From Vermamoeba vermiformis (lineage: Eukaryota), in contig JBEWZL010000294.1 in the NCBI GenBank assembly GCA_045837725.1, forward strand, positions 1 through 64,000: 64,000 nucleotides of DNA, given 5' to 3'. How positions within the stretch are numbered: position 1 is the first letter of the stretch; each line of letters opens with the position of its first letter. Positions 1 to 9,429 of the stretch are shown here, piece after piece. Both the position numbers and the translations under genes were made by a program. The notes beneath the pieces were generated by a model, which did not search any database, was not told where the DNA came from, and saw only the letters and a list, made by a program, of their open reading frames with translations.

Positions 1-154
1 AGTCGTCCGAGTAAATAATGAGGCGTGGTATTCAGTGTAAGATAAGGTTTTTAACAAGCCTGATTTTTATTTAGGTATACAAATACAGTTTATCAACCGA
101 CGGAATCACATCTGTGAATCCGCAGCACGTGGAGTGTAGATCTACTCCACTACA
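1..154 (-). repeat. 3' LTR (truncated by the window edge)
   Basis: Base-for-base identical to 6504-6657; ends ...CACTACA. Confidence 0.97.
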
Positions 155-169
155 TTCCTCCCTTCTTTT
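155..169 (-). other. Polypurine tract
   Basis: Minus strand reads AAAAGAAGGGAGGAA immediately before the 3' LTR. Confidence 0.9.
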
Positions 170-199
170 AATTGCTCCCCTATATTAGAGTGGTCAGCT

Positions 200-3100
200 C
201 TATCTTCGACGCTGTGCGTCTTGAATCTCGACGTCAAATGTCTCTTCGAAATTTGCTAGACACGTTCTTAAAAAGTCAATGAACTCGTCATGATTTTTAA
301 GAGCGGTAATTTGTCTTGCAAAATTTCTTATTCTGTTACTACCGGTAATATTAGGTGAAGTAAAGATATTCTTTAATTCCTTTTTGACAGGTGCTATATT
401 TAGCGACGGATCCTTATCACGATATTGAACATAAACGTCGACAAGAGCATTATATAGCTCCTTTTTATGTAAAGGTTCGTTCCACGTTTCAATAAACTCT
501 GATTTCGGAATTTCAATCGGTGGATTTGGTGCGATATTTTCAGAATAGAATTGTGGTAATTTTTCCTTTACTGGTTCGACTTTATTCTCTACCTTAGGGT
601 AGTGAATATCATGTATTCGGCGTTTAACGTCCTTAATTAGAGGTTTTAATTCGTTGTTATTCATTTCCTCCCTTCTTTTAGTTAATGATGCTTTTAACGC
701 CTCTAGTTGATCAATATTACCAGATTCATCTATAATTTTGCGAATAATATCGCTATCCGATAATATTGGTTCATAATCTGTCATTGGAATATCGACGAAA
801 TTCGGATCTGGTACTGGAACTATGTCCTCGACCTGATTCGTAATTTCGCGCATTACTGGTAGCTCTACGTATTGTTTCTCTCCTCTTTCAACGGCAGGGT
901 CAAAACTGTCGTTCTCGTGTAATGAGACGAATTCTTTAGGAGTACCAAGCACTGAGGTACACGGTTTTAGGCGGTCTACGTGCACTGTCTGCTTGAGTGT
1001 CGTACCATCTGGTTTCATTAATCGATAGTTAACGGGACCTACTATCTCTTTAATCCAGTACGGTCCTGACCATGGTATACTAAGCTTTAATTTAGGTGCG
1101 TCAACACCTCGTGCCGGCCAGTAAAACCACACTCGTTCACCCAACTCGTATGAAACATCTCTTCGATTAAGGTTATAGTACTCCGTCTGTCTTTCACGAG
1201 CGAGTTTGAGTCTATTCGAAACATCTGCGTGCATGTTTTTAATTCTTTCCTTAATGGCTTCGAGACCATTCTTACTACTCGTTAACAATTCTAATGACAC
1301 ATCGGGAAACTTAAAGTCAACCAACGGGCGCGGTGAATATGTTCTTAATAACTCGAACGGCGAGTAGCCAGTTGAGGTATGTGGTGTGTCTCGGTATGCG
1401 TATTGTACGAAGGGTAAGAACAAATCCCAATCACCTTGGTTGTCATGTACGTACATCGATAGCATTACGCACAACGTGTGGTTAAACCTCTCAGTTAAAC
1501 CATTAGTTTGCGGATGATACGATGTCGAAGGAGCATGTTTCACTCCTGACGCTTCAGCTAGCGCCTTAAATACTTGACTCATGAATTGTGAACCACGGTC
1601 GGAGATTATTCTCGACATGGGTCCATATTCTAACAACACTTTCAAGAATTTCTTCGCTACTGTTAACGCAGTAATATCTTTTAAGCGGAAGCAAATAGGG
1701 AATTTCGTAAAATAGTCAGTGAAGACTAGAATGTATCTATATTTACGTGGTGTCATCGGTAACGGTCCGAGAATATCAACTCCTACTATATCGAACGGGT
1801 GTTTCGCTTCAATGGCTTGCATTTTTCCTGCTTTCAAGACTCGTGGGGTCTTCTTAGCGATACACTTTACGCAACTGCGCACGTGATCACTAATTGATTT
1901 GTACATTTTCGGCCAAAAATATCTTGATGCGATCAAATCGAATGTCCTTTGAATACCTTGATGGGCACCCAATGGATCATTGTGGAAATAATGCAATATT
2001 TCTTCACGATACTGTTCTGGTACTACGAGTCGAAGTCCAGCTGTCACTGAATGTTTTCGTTGCGGATAGTATCCGTGATACAATACTCCATCAACCATGC
2101 AGTACAGTTCTGATTCAACTAGTATTCTCTTTGCGACGCGTCTATTATTGGGTAAGTGATCGTCTTTCAGATACGCAATAATTTTTCGCAATGTACGATC
2201 TTTGCTTTGCAATTTTGCTAATTCCTTCGGATCAACAGTATCAGCGAATGTATCGTAGGATTGAATAAGGTTAACGGGTAGTCTTGATAACCCGTCAGCG
2301 TTTGCGTTCTGTGCTCCCGGTCGCGCTATCACGTCAAAGTGATAATCGCTCAGTGTCATTCTCCATCGTGCGACTCTACCGTTATGATTTTTGAACGAAT
2401 CAATATGCTCTAACGGTTTGTGATCAGTCATCACGACGAATTTCTGACCGTATAAGTACGCACGAAAGTGTTTAATACTCTCGACCATTGCTAAACACTC
2501 TCGTTCCATGATAGCGTATTTCCTTTCACTATCGGAGAATTTCTTTGAGAAGTACGCGATGGGATGTTCACTATTGTCGTAGTATTGAGTTAATACTCCT
2601 CCCATCCCATAGTCACTCGCATCCACTTGTAGAACGAACGAAACGTTCAATCTTGGGTACGCAAGGACTGGTTGTTTCGCTAACGCTTTCTTTAACCTGT
2701 TAAATGACCGTCTGACATCACTATCAATACAAAAAGGTGCATTCTTACGCAATAATTCGGTTAACGGTCGACTTATGCTGGCATAACCACGAATAAATCG
2801 CCTGTAATAACCTGTCATTCCTAGAAATGCTTTGACATCAGTAACGCTTTGCCATAAATCGATATCTAACTTGTTAATCGCTTCAATCTTTGTCGGATCT
2901 GGCGACACGCCGTTGAAATCAATCTTATGTCCTAGGTACGTAGTACTATCTTCACCGAACGAACACTTGGAACGTTTCAGTTTCAAATTAGCGTTTCTTA
3001 GTCTATCAAATACACATCTAAGATGGACCATGTGTTCTTCGAAAGTTCGTGAGAAAATCAAAATATCATCGATATATACGAGACACATTTTCCAATTCAA

Positions 3101-4765
3101 TCCTGCTAGTACCAAGTTCATTAAACGTTGGAATGTCGCTGGCGCATTCGTTAGGCCAAACGGCATCACGTTATATTCGTAAGAGCCTTCCTCCGTTATG
3201 AAAGCTGTCTTTTCTTTATCTTCTTCAGCTACTGCGATTTGATAATAGGATTGAACCAAATCGAGCGTAGTGAAATATTTCATGCCATCAAGACGTTCTA
3301 AAACATCTTCGATGCGCGGAATTGGGTACACATCTTTCTTCGTTACGCTATTCAGCTGTCGATAATCGACGCAGAATCGTTTAGTACCGTCTTTCTTTTG
3401 TACTAGCAGAATTGGACTAGACCATGGTGAACTCGATGGTCTTATAATACCAGCTTCGAGTGAGTCTTGTATATACTTCGATACGAAAGCCTTTTGACTT
3501 ATTGGCGTCCAATAAGCTCGTTGTTTGCGAGGTGGGCCGTCAGTATAAATTCTATGCGTAACTAGCGGCGTAGTTGATCTAATATCAACGGAAAACAGAT
3601 CTTTATATTCCTCTAGGAATTCGATCATGATCTTTCTCTGTTCTTCTGTTAACCGTTTCGCAATTCCCGAACTAGAAGGTTCATCAACCGGCTTGGAATT
3701 AGAATGGGCGTCTTTGATAGAGGTTACCCTCTCATTCGAATCTTTCAAACGCATTTTCTCAATTTTCCGAGTCAGTTTCAGAACTTTGCGTCGAATCTTA
3801 CGGGGCATATCATCTGGTGATTTATCACTCTTTGATGTATCTACGTAAGCAGAATCAGTATTTCTACTATCATCAGTGGTTTTGACACTGTTCGACGAAT
3901 CATTCGGCTTCGCAGCATTAGTCTTTTCTTCAAGGGCATCGAGCGTCAGAGCCTCTCCTTTCTCATCGCACCATATCTTTACATTATCTGACGCATATGC
4001 TATTGGTAGATTGCCCGAGATACTCAAACAAACGTTATGCGAAGTATTGGTGATAAAGACATCGACGTAACCATCTTTGACAGTCCGTAATTGCAACGGT
4101 ACTTGTCCATGTGAGAGTTTGAACTTCGTCGATTCTATCAAATAATCACCATCTTTAACTACACCTTTAACCTTTGCTTTCACGTTCATTCCTGAAAGCG
4201 GTTTAATTACAGCTCGTTGTACTGACATTACGAGTTGACCAGGCGGTTCTACCAACGCCGTAGTCACTCTGTTCGATGTTCCCTTTAGCACCTCGTCGGC
4301 CTTATCACTTACACCGGGTCGACTAAGCTCCTTTCGGGGCCAGATAACCTCGCCTTCGCACACAATGCGAGCTCCAGCAGCATAGAGTACGTTAGTCCCA
4401 ATGATAAGTGGGAACGAAATTTCGGGTACGTACAAAGCGTACACTCTGATTGGCGTTGCCACCAATTGGATTGTGATATCCACGAATCCTTTGACGGGCA
4501 TTAGCTCGTCGTTAGCGGCTTTAATCATATGCCCGCTATCAGTAGAAGTCACGACCAAGTTCAAAGAGTCAACAAGCTTTTTATTTATCACTGTTACAGC
4601 AGCACCAGTATCGATAAGAGCTCTCGGTACTGTGCTTCCATTCACGACCACTTTCGCTTCAGCGACATTGCTAACAGTGCCTTTTGGAACAGTTATCGTT
4701 GACAAAGTCGCGACAATGAAAGGGTTGTCTTCGTCAGTTGACTCTTCTGACTCGGTCGAATCGAG
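200..4765 (-). CDS. pol: Pol polyprotein (protease, RT, RNase H, integrase with GPY/F motif, C-terminal extension), in frame with gag
   Basis: Motifs LIDTGA, RFCVDYRQLN, YIDD, DAS/TDHKPL, HHCC zinc site, DDE core (SDRGSQF, GLTERFN) and WSGPY. The frame stays open from 4705 up to the gag TGA at 4766-4768. Confidence 0.96.
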   Translation of the reverse strand, partial: LDSTESEESTDEDNPFIVATLSTITVPKGTVSNVAEAKVVVNGSTVPRALIDTGAAVTVINKKLVDSLNLVVTSTDSGHMIKAANDELMPVKGFVDITIQLVATPIRVYALYVPEISFPLIIGTNVLYAAGARIVCEGEVIWPRKELSRPGVSDKADEVLKGTSNRVTTALVEPPGQLVMSVQRAVIKPLSGMNVKAKVKGVVKDGDYLIESTKFKLSHGQVPLQLRTVKDGYVDVFITNTSHNVCLSISGNLPIAYASDNVKIWCDEKGEALTLDALEEKTNAAKPNDSSNSVKTTDDSRNTDSAYVDTSKSDKSPDDMPRKIRRKVLKLTRKIEKMRLKDSNERVTSIKDAHSNSKPVDEPSSSGIAKRLTEEQRKIMIEFLEEYKDLFSVDIRSTTPLVTHRIYTDGPPRKQRAYWTPISQKAFVSKYIQDSLEAGIIRPSSSPWSSPILLVQKKDGTKRFCVDYRQLNSVTKKDVYPIPRIEDVLERLDGMKYFTTLDLVQSYYQIAVAEEDKEKTAFITEEGSYEYNVMPFGLTNAPATFQRLMNLVLAGLNWKMCLVYIDDILIFSRTFEEHMVHLRCVFDRLRNANLKLKRSKCSFGEDSTTYLGHKIDFNGVSPDPTKIEAINKLDIDLWQSVTDVKAFLGMTGYYRRFIRGYASISRPLTELLRKNAPFCIDSDVRRSFNRLKKALAKQPVLAYPRLNVSFVLQVDASDYGMGGVLTQYYDNSEHPIAYFSKKFSDSERKYAIMERECLAMVESIKHFRAYLYGQKFVVMTDHKPLEHIDSFKNHNGRVARWRMTLSDYHFDVIARPGAQNANADGLSRLPVNLIQSYDTFADTVDPKELAKLQSKDRTLRKIIAYLKDDHLPNNRRVAKRILVESELYCMVDGVLYHGYYPQRKHSVTAGLRLVVPEQYREEILHYFHNDPLGAHQGIQRTFDLIASRYFWPKMYKSISDHVRSCVKCIAKKTPRVLKAGKMQAIEAKHPFDIVGVDILGPLPMTPRKYRYILVFTDYFTKFPICFRLKDITALTVAKKFLKVLLEYGPMSRIISDRGSQFMSQVFKALAEASGVKHAPSTSYHPQTNGLTERFNHTLCVMLSMYVHDNQGDWDLFLPFVQYAYRDTPHTSTGYSPFELLRTYSPRPLVDFKFPDVSLELLTSSKNGLEAIKERIKNMHADVSNRLKLARERQTEYYNLNRRDVSYELGERVWFYWPARGVDAPKLKLSIPWSGPYWIKEIVGPVNYRLMKPDGTTLKQTVHVDRLKPCTSVLGTPKEFVSLHENDSFDPAVERGEKQYVELPVMREITNQVEDIVPVPDPNFVDIPMTDYEPILSDSDIIRKIIDESGNIDQLEALKASLTKRREEMNNNELKPLIKDVKRRIHDIHYPKVENKVEPVKEKLPQFYSENIAPNPPIEIPKSEFIETWNEPLHKKELYNALVDVYVQYRDKDPSLNIAPVKKELKNIFTSPNITGSNRIRNFARQITALKNHDEFIDFLRTCLANFEETFDVEIQDAQRRR

Positions 4766-6472
4766 TCAGTCATCTCTCTTTCTCTTTCCAAGGTAAGGGC
4801 GATCACGATCATCATAATGACGATCTTGGTGACCTCCGCGACCTCCTTGGCCATAGCCATCACGGCGATCTTGGTGTCCTCCGTGACCACCTCGACCTCC
4901 TCTGCCACCTCTGCCACCTCTGCCGCCTCTACCACCGCGAGTACCGGTTCTACAGTCTCTCGCGAGATGGTTCCTGCCACCGCACTTGAAACAGACGCCT
5001 GCATTTCGGAGTGCGTTAAGCATCTCAACGAAGTTAGGCACTGCATCTGTCTCATCTTGTTCCGTGTAGACTTCAAGTTGCGGTTGAGGGGCTTGCACGA
5101 CGTTCACCTTGGCGGGGGCTGGAGCTGGCGCGTCGATGAGCTTGAGGTTCTCGTGGTCAACGACCCATTGTGTCATGGCCTCGTAGGACTCGAGTCGATC
5201 CAGGTTGAGTTCAGCTTGGGCACGCATCGCTGGCGGTAACTTGTCCAAGAGTAACAAGATCTTGGTTTGTTCGTCACAGTCAGCATGGTGAATGAAGCAA
5301 TGGTTGAACTCGGCGATGAAGATCGGCGCAGATCGTCGTAGATCCCAACGATAGTTGCGAGCAGCTTGTTGAGCGTGCATTCTATTGCCAGGTGATGGAT
5401 AGGTTCGCAAGAGCCAGTTCGCAGCTTGCGTGATTGAAGCAGTATTCACGTCATATCGAGAATTAAATAACGCTCGTGGAGCGTCATCCAGGCATTCATG
5501 AAAGAAAACCACTTTCTGTCGATCCGATAAATGGTTTGACGTGCATATGCTCAGAAAGTTCGTTAACCAAGTCTTCGTGTGCCCGTTGTTGGTCTCGGGG
5601 TTGAAGATTTTAAGATTCTTTGCCTTTCTTGCTTGATCAAGACTACTGGATTTCTCCGGTGGTACAAAACCTTGCGCAAAAGGTTGAGAAGCTGGTTGGG
5701 GTTTCTTTGGACTCGCTTTTGGAGTAACAGGGACAGGTCTTTCGGTTTCTCGAGTTGCATCCAAATTCGCGGTTAGATTCGCGATCTGACTGGCGACTCT
5801 ACGGTCCACCAATTCTTCTAAATTTCGAGAATCAAAGGAGCGACTTTCAACATCCTCTCTCCACAAACGTAAAACATCATCAACGGTTAAATCAGCATCG
5901 CGTGATAAATCGTCGATGAAATTTCGTACGGAATTTGTCGGTTGGCCTGTAAATTGATTAACCGTCTGGGAGTTATCCCTTCTGGATTCACCAAATATAG
6001 GTCCTTTCTTCGCGGGTGTCTTTGGCGGAGTCACCTTCGCGTTAGGTGTTTCGGCACCAGATTTGGCCGTCGATCTGGGTGGAGTACTCGTCTTAGGTGC
6101 AGACGCTGGCGTAGTAGTTGTCTGACGATTCTCTTGTTGTTCTCCACCGGGTTGGCGACGCGTTGCTTGATCATACGTTGCTGCAAAACCTTGTTCAAGC
6201 TCCTGGCGGATCTGATTCAGTTGCTCCTGCAGTACGTTGTCGATGTTCATAGGCTGGCCGTTATTATTGTTAACACTTGTGTTGATTGCAGCAGGCTCAA
6301 CTTCCATTGACTCGATGTTGACAGGCGTGTCATCGACGTCATTGTGAACAGTTGTGGCAGTCAGTGTAGGCGGATCAGCAGTTGGTACTTCAGCAGCAGG
6401 AACGGTTCTTCTATTTCCCCTCCCTCTTCCTTTGGCGGGAGTCTTAATGTGCGGAGATGTAGCGCGAGACAT
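4766..6472 (-). CDS. gag: Gag with capsid-like region, one CCHC zinc knuckle and RGG repeats
   Basis: First ATG at 6472 (MSRATSPH); CFKCGGRNHLARDC followed by (GGR)5. Confidence 0.92.
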   Translation of the reverse strand: MSRATSPHIKTPAKGRGRGNRRTVPAAEVPTADPPTLTATTVHNDVDDTPVNIESMEVEPAAINTSVNNNNGQPMNIDNVLQEQLNQIRQELEQGFAATYDQATRRQPGGEQQENRQTTTTPASAPKTSTPPRSTAKSGAETPNAKVTPPKTPAKKGPIFGESRRDNSQTVNQFTGQPTNSVRNFIDDLSRDADLTVDDVLRLWREDVESRSFDSRNLEELVDRRVASQIANLTANLDATRETERPVPVTPKASPKKPQPASQPFAQGFVPPEKSSSLDQARKAKNLKIFNPETNNGHTKTWLTNFLSICTSNHLSDRQKVVFFHECLDDAPRALFNSRYDVNTASITQAANWLLRTYPSPGNRMHAQQAARNYRWDLRRSAPIFIAEFNHCFIHHADCDEQTKILLLLDKLPPAMRAQAELNLDRLESYEAMTQWVVDHENLKLIDAPAPAPAKVNVVQAPQPQLEVYTEQDETDAVPNFVEMLNALRNAGVCFKCGGRNHLARDCRTGTRGGRGGRGGRGGRGGRGGHGGHQDRRDGYGQGGRGGHQDRHYDDRDRPYLGKRKRDD

Positions 6473-6477
6473 GTTGA

Positions 6478-6495
6478 GATTCGTCGGGCGCACCA
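6478..6495 (-). other. Primer-binding site
   Basis: TGGTGCGCCCGACG begins 1 nt inside the 5' LTR boundary and is complementary to a tRNA 3' end ...CGGGCGCACCA. Confidence 0.85.
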
Positions 6496-6496
6496 A

Positions 6497-6657
6497 TGTA
6501 GTGAGTCGTCCGAGTAAATAATGAGGCGTGGTATTCAGTGTAAGATAAGGTTTTTAACAAGCCTGATTTTTATTTAGGTATACAAATACAGTTTATCAAC
6601 CGACGGAATCACATCTGTGAATCCGCAGCACGTGGAGTGTAGATCTACTCCACTACA
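6497..6657 (-). repeat. 5' LTR, 161 bp
   Basis: TGTAGTG...CACTACA, 7-bp inverted termini with the canonical TG...CA ends. Confidence 0.97.
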
Positions 6658-7073
6658 CTACGAGCACCACAAGACGTGCATTCGAGTTTGAGCGTGATCT
6701 TTTTGGTAGTCTTAGCCTAATTTATGTTTAGTGTTAGTTCCTTGTTTAAAAATAATAAATGTTTTGAGGTACCTTTTTATGGAAGATCTGTTTAGTTTGG
6801 CCGCCAAAACCTTTCTGTTTACGATCATAACGGCGTTTTCCTTAAGAATGGTGAGTATAAGGAGATCTATATTTGAAGATGAGTCGCATACCTTGGGCGG
6901 TCAAACGAGGAGCACCGGATTTGTATTGACTGACTTTGTGCGGTCTGTGTTTCCTGCACTCTTTGGATGCGCAGTAAGTGTTGCGTTGTTTTGGCACGTT
7001 AACCTAATCTCAGATTAATTAATCTACGGTCATTATTATTAGAGGTCTGATCTAGCATGTCAAGTCATACCAT
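6658..7073 (-). CDS. RPL36A: 60S ribosomal protein eL42 (L36a/L44), Q56 type, interrupted in exon 4 by the LTR element
   Basis: Exons 7073-7071, 7003-6892, 6840-6773 and 6716-6658 (all GT-AG) splice to [80 protein letters not shown], then the LTR begins. Confidence 0.96.
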
Positions 7074-7614
7074 TTGTAATGTTTTCTGTTCGCTTGGTTC
7101 TTGAATACAATTAGTTGAGAGCAAACTCAGATGTTGAAATAGTAAGTAATTTGACTGTCAAAAATTGACTTTTGAGTGTCAAACTTCATTTTGGTCAAAG
7201 CGGATCCCGACTTTTTCTCCGTTCTGAAATCACGTTGTTCTGCTAAACAATTCTAAGGACGTTTGGTGTATTATTGACTACATGCACCATTTAACCTACT
7301 AGCATCAAGCGGCCTCTCGGGCAAAATTTTCCGTCGACTCGGGATCTCGGCGAGAAAAACTCGTCTACAACTGAACTGCGCAACTCATTCACCGTACGTC
7401 ATATAACATTACAAACAATAAAATAAAAATTTTCTTTAATATGACCACATTACAATAGCTGCTACACGATAGGAAATTTATTTTAATTTGTAATAAATTT
7501 CTGCGGAAATGCGGCGCAAAGCGGAACAGGGATAGAATCTTTTACGCGGTAAACGTAAAAACGTAATCTTTTTTCAATTTATTTTATCTTTTAAAAGAGA
7601 ACATCGCGCAACAG

Positions 7615-9429
7615 ATGAAGCTATTCTTCCTACTTCTCACGATCTCTTGTTTCTTTGCCGACTTCGTTCGCTCCGCTCCCACCGACTTGAAGATAGATGC
7701 TGTGGTGATGCGTAACGACGGTCTCTCCGGTCCTGCTTTTGTTGCCAGCGGTGCGTCGGCAATAATTAATAATTTTTCCGATTCTCACTCACATCGATTT
7801 ATAGGATTTCCGTTGCCTCCTGGTGCCCTGCGAGCAGAAGACATCTCCTACGTAAGAGTTTTTGTCCAAGGAGTAGAGCAAGCTTGTGCCGTTGGTGCCC
7901 TACGGGGTCGCCATCCGGATGGAACGCTTCGTTCGATCGTCATAGAATTCAACTACAACATCCCCGACAACAATACTATTCCCGCTTACGTGCAGCTAGG
8001 CTCAATTAAGCGACAAGTGTTGGACATTGATTTTGTTCGTATCACCTACAAAATGGTAGCCAAAGTTATTATAACGCCTTCGGATCCGGCCTACCTCTGT
8101 TCAACGAACGCTGCTCTCACTCCGCTTGTGCCATCTAGCATGGATTCCGCCGAAGTTCAAGCATGGCAGCAAGCTATTGAGTCCGCTTGGTTTAAGATCG
8201 TTGGGTATGGTACTGCGATTTACGACTATGGATCTGGACTTATCGCGTGGTACATCCGAACTGGAGATATTCAAGCGATACGCCAGGCAGTTGGTGTAGC
8301 TACATTGGGTATCAATTACTATATTCCATTCGCCAACGACACGGATATTTGCACTAAGGAACAAATAGACGTTATAAATCCTGAACGTCTGGATGGAGAG
8401 TACCACGCATGTGGATTAACTACGGAATGGTGGAGTCTTAGGTACTACATGAATCATGCGTTTTACATGTTTTTTGGTTGGGAGCAGTACATTTATCAGT
8501 CCTGGCAACAATCTCAAATGGTCATGAGGTGGCTCACACCAACGGAATGCCTGACAAGGGATTTATCACCAAGATTTAATTTCGGAATACGACTGATTCC
8601 TACCATGATGGCATACATATCTGAAGGAATTACGAAGATCGACGGTGGTTGGGGTGCAGGCGCGGGAGATCCAGACTTCCCAACAAAATTGCCAGGAATT
8701 ATCAACTGCTTAGACTACAACAAATATAATGACTCAAGCGACTTCAGATATGGCCTTGTGGGCTTCAAGAATGAAACCGTTGACATCCCGGGATATCCCG
8801 GTTATTTCCCGACTTTTCAACTCGCAGTAGTGGCTGATTTCTTGATTACGTACTACCAAAACATTCAAGCGGACCCTCGAATTCCTCCCATGATCAAATC
8901 TATTGGAGATTTCGTCATTCGAGAGCTCGAACCAAGTATTTCAGGCGAGCCCGGGTTTCCGATTAGCTATGTCATGCAGTACGTGCCACGACAAGGCCCC
9001 CAACGACCGGCAGAACCACATCCGTGGGAGCCCTACTTGTTCCCAATGTTCACTAATACCTATGGCTTCTTGTACGCTTACTACAAAAATGATACGTACA
9101 AATTGTGGGGTATACGCTCACTCGCTCCGGAACAAATGGCCGGCTTTATTTGGATTAAAAAGGCCTGGGGAGAGGTCTATAATGGTCACAGACACTCGTT
9201 CTCTTATTATATGAACGGAGGTGCAGCTGAGGGATTGCAAAGCACCCGTCCCGGTGCGCAGATCCCGCCAGTGTCCAACACCACAGACGCAGTGGGCAAC
9301 ACAAGAGTTACCACGATTGAACCTCCACCCCAGTCTCAGACTGCTCCTGGTGCTGCTAAGGTTTCTAACGGTGTCTTCGTCGTACCGAGCGTTGCATTGC
9401 TTGTAATGACCTTCATTTCGATTCTTTAA
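7615..9429 (+). CDS. Intronless secreted, probably GPI-anchored 604-aa protein with a PcRGLX/YetA-like N-terminus
   Basis: Signal peptide; GFPLPPGAL...GRHPDGTLRS motif; Pro/Thr-rich linker; hydrophobic C-terminus. Confidence 0.75.
   Translation: MKLFFLLLTISCFFADFVRSAPTDLKIDAVVMRNDGLSGPAFVASGASAIINNFSDSHSHRFIGFPLPPGALRAEDISYVRVFVQGVEQACAVGALRGRHPDGTLRSIVIEFNYNIPDNNTIPAYVQLGSIKRQVLDIDFVRITYKMVAKVIITPSDPAYLCSTNAALTPLVPSSMDSAEVQAWQQAIESAWFKIVGYGTAIYDYGSGLIAWYIRTGDIQAIRQAVGVATLGINYYIPFANDTDICTKEQIDVINPERLDGEYHACGLTTEWWSLRYYMNHAFYMFFGWEQYIYQSWQQSQMVMRWLTPTECLTRDLSPRFNFGIRLIPTMMAYISEGITKIDGGWGAGAGDPDFPTKLPGIINCLDYNKYNDSSDFRYGLVGFKNETVDIPGYPGYFPTFQLAVVADFLITYYQNIQADPRIPPMIKSIGDFVIRELEPSISGEPGFPISYVMQYVPRQGPQRPAEPHPWEPYLFPMFTNTYGFLYAYYKNDTYKLWGIRSLAPEQMAGFIWIKKAWGEVYNGHRHSFSYYMNGGAAEGLQSTRPGAQIPPVSNTTDAVGNTRVTTIEPPPQSQTAPGAAKVSNGVFVVPSVALLVMTFISIL

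Larger units (their letters stand above)
1..6657 (-). mobile_element. Full-length Ty3/Gypsy LTR retrotransposon (about 7 bp of the left LTR lie outside the window)
   Basis: Direct repeats at 1-154 and 6497-6657; PBS and PPT present; gag with a CCHC knuckle; pol domain order PR-RT-RNaseH-IN. Confidence 0.97.

Noticed and set aside
4693-5076. 127-aa ORF bridging gag and pol as a possible frameshift route
   Set aside because: Gag and pol already share a frame; this ORF is a by-product of the RGG repeat region.
6658-6720. tRNA gene next to the LTR (Pol III targeting)
   Set aside because: No cloverleaf or proper A/B boxes; the sequence is an eL42 exon.
6731-7018. 95-aa plus-strand ORF
   Set aside because: It is the antisense shadow of the eL42 exons.
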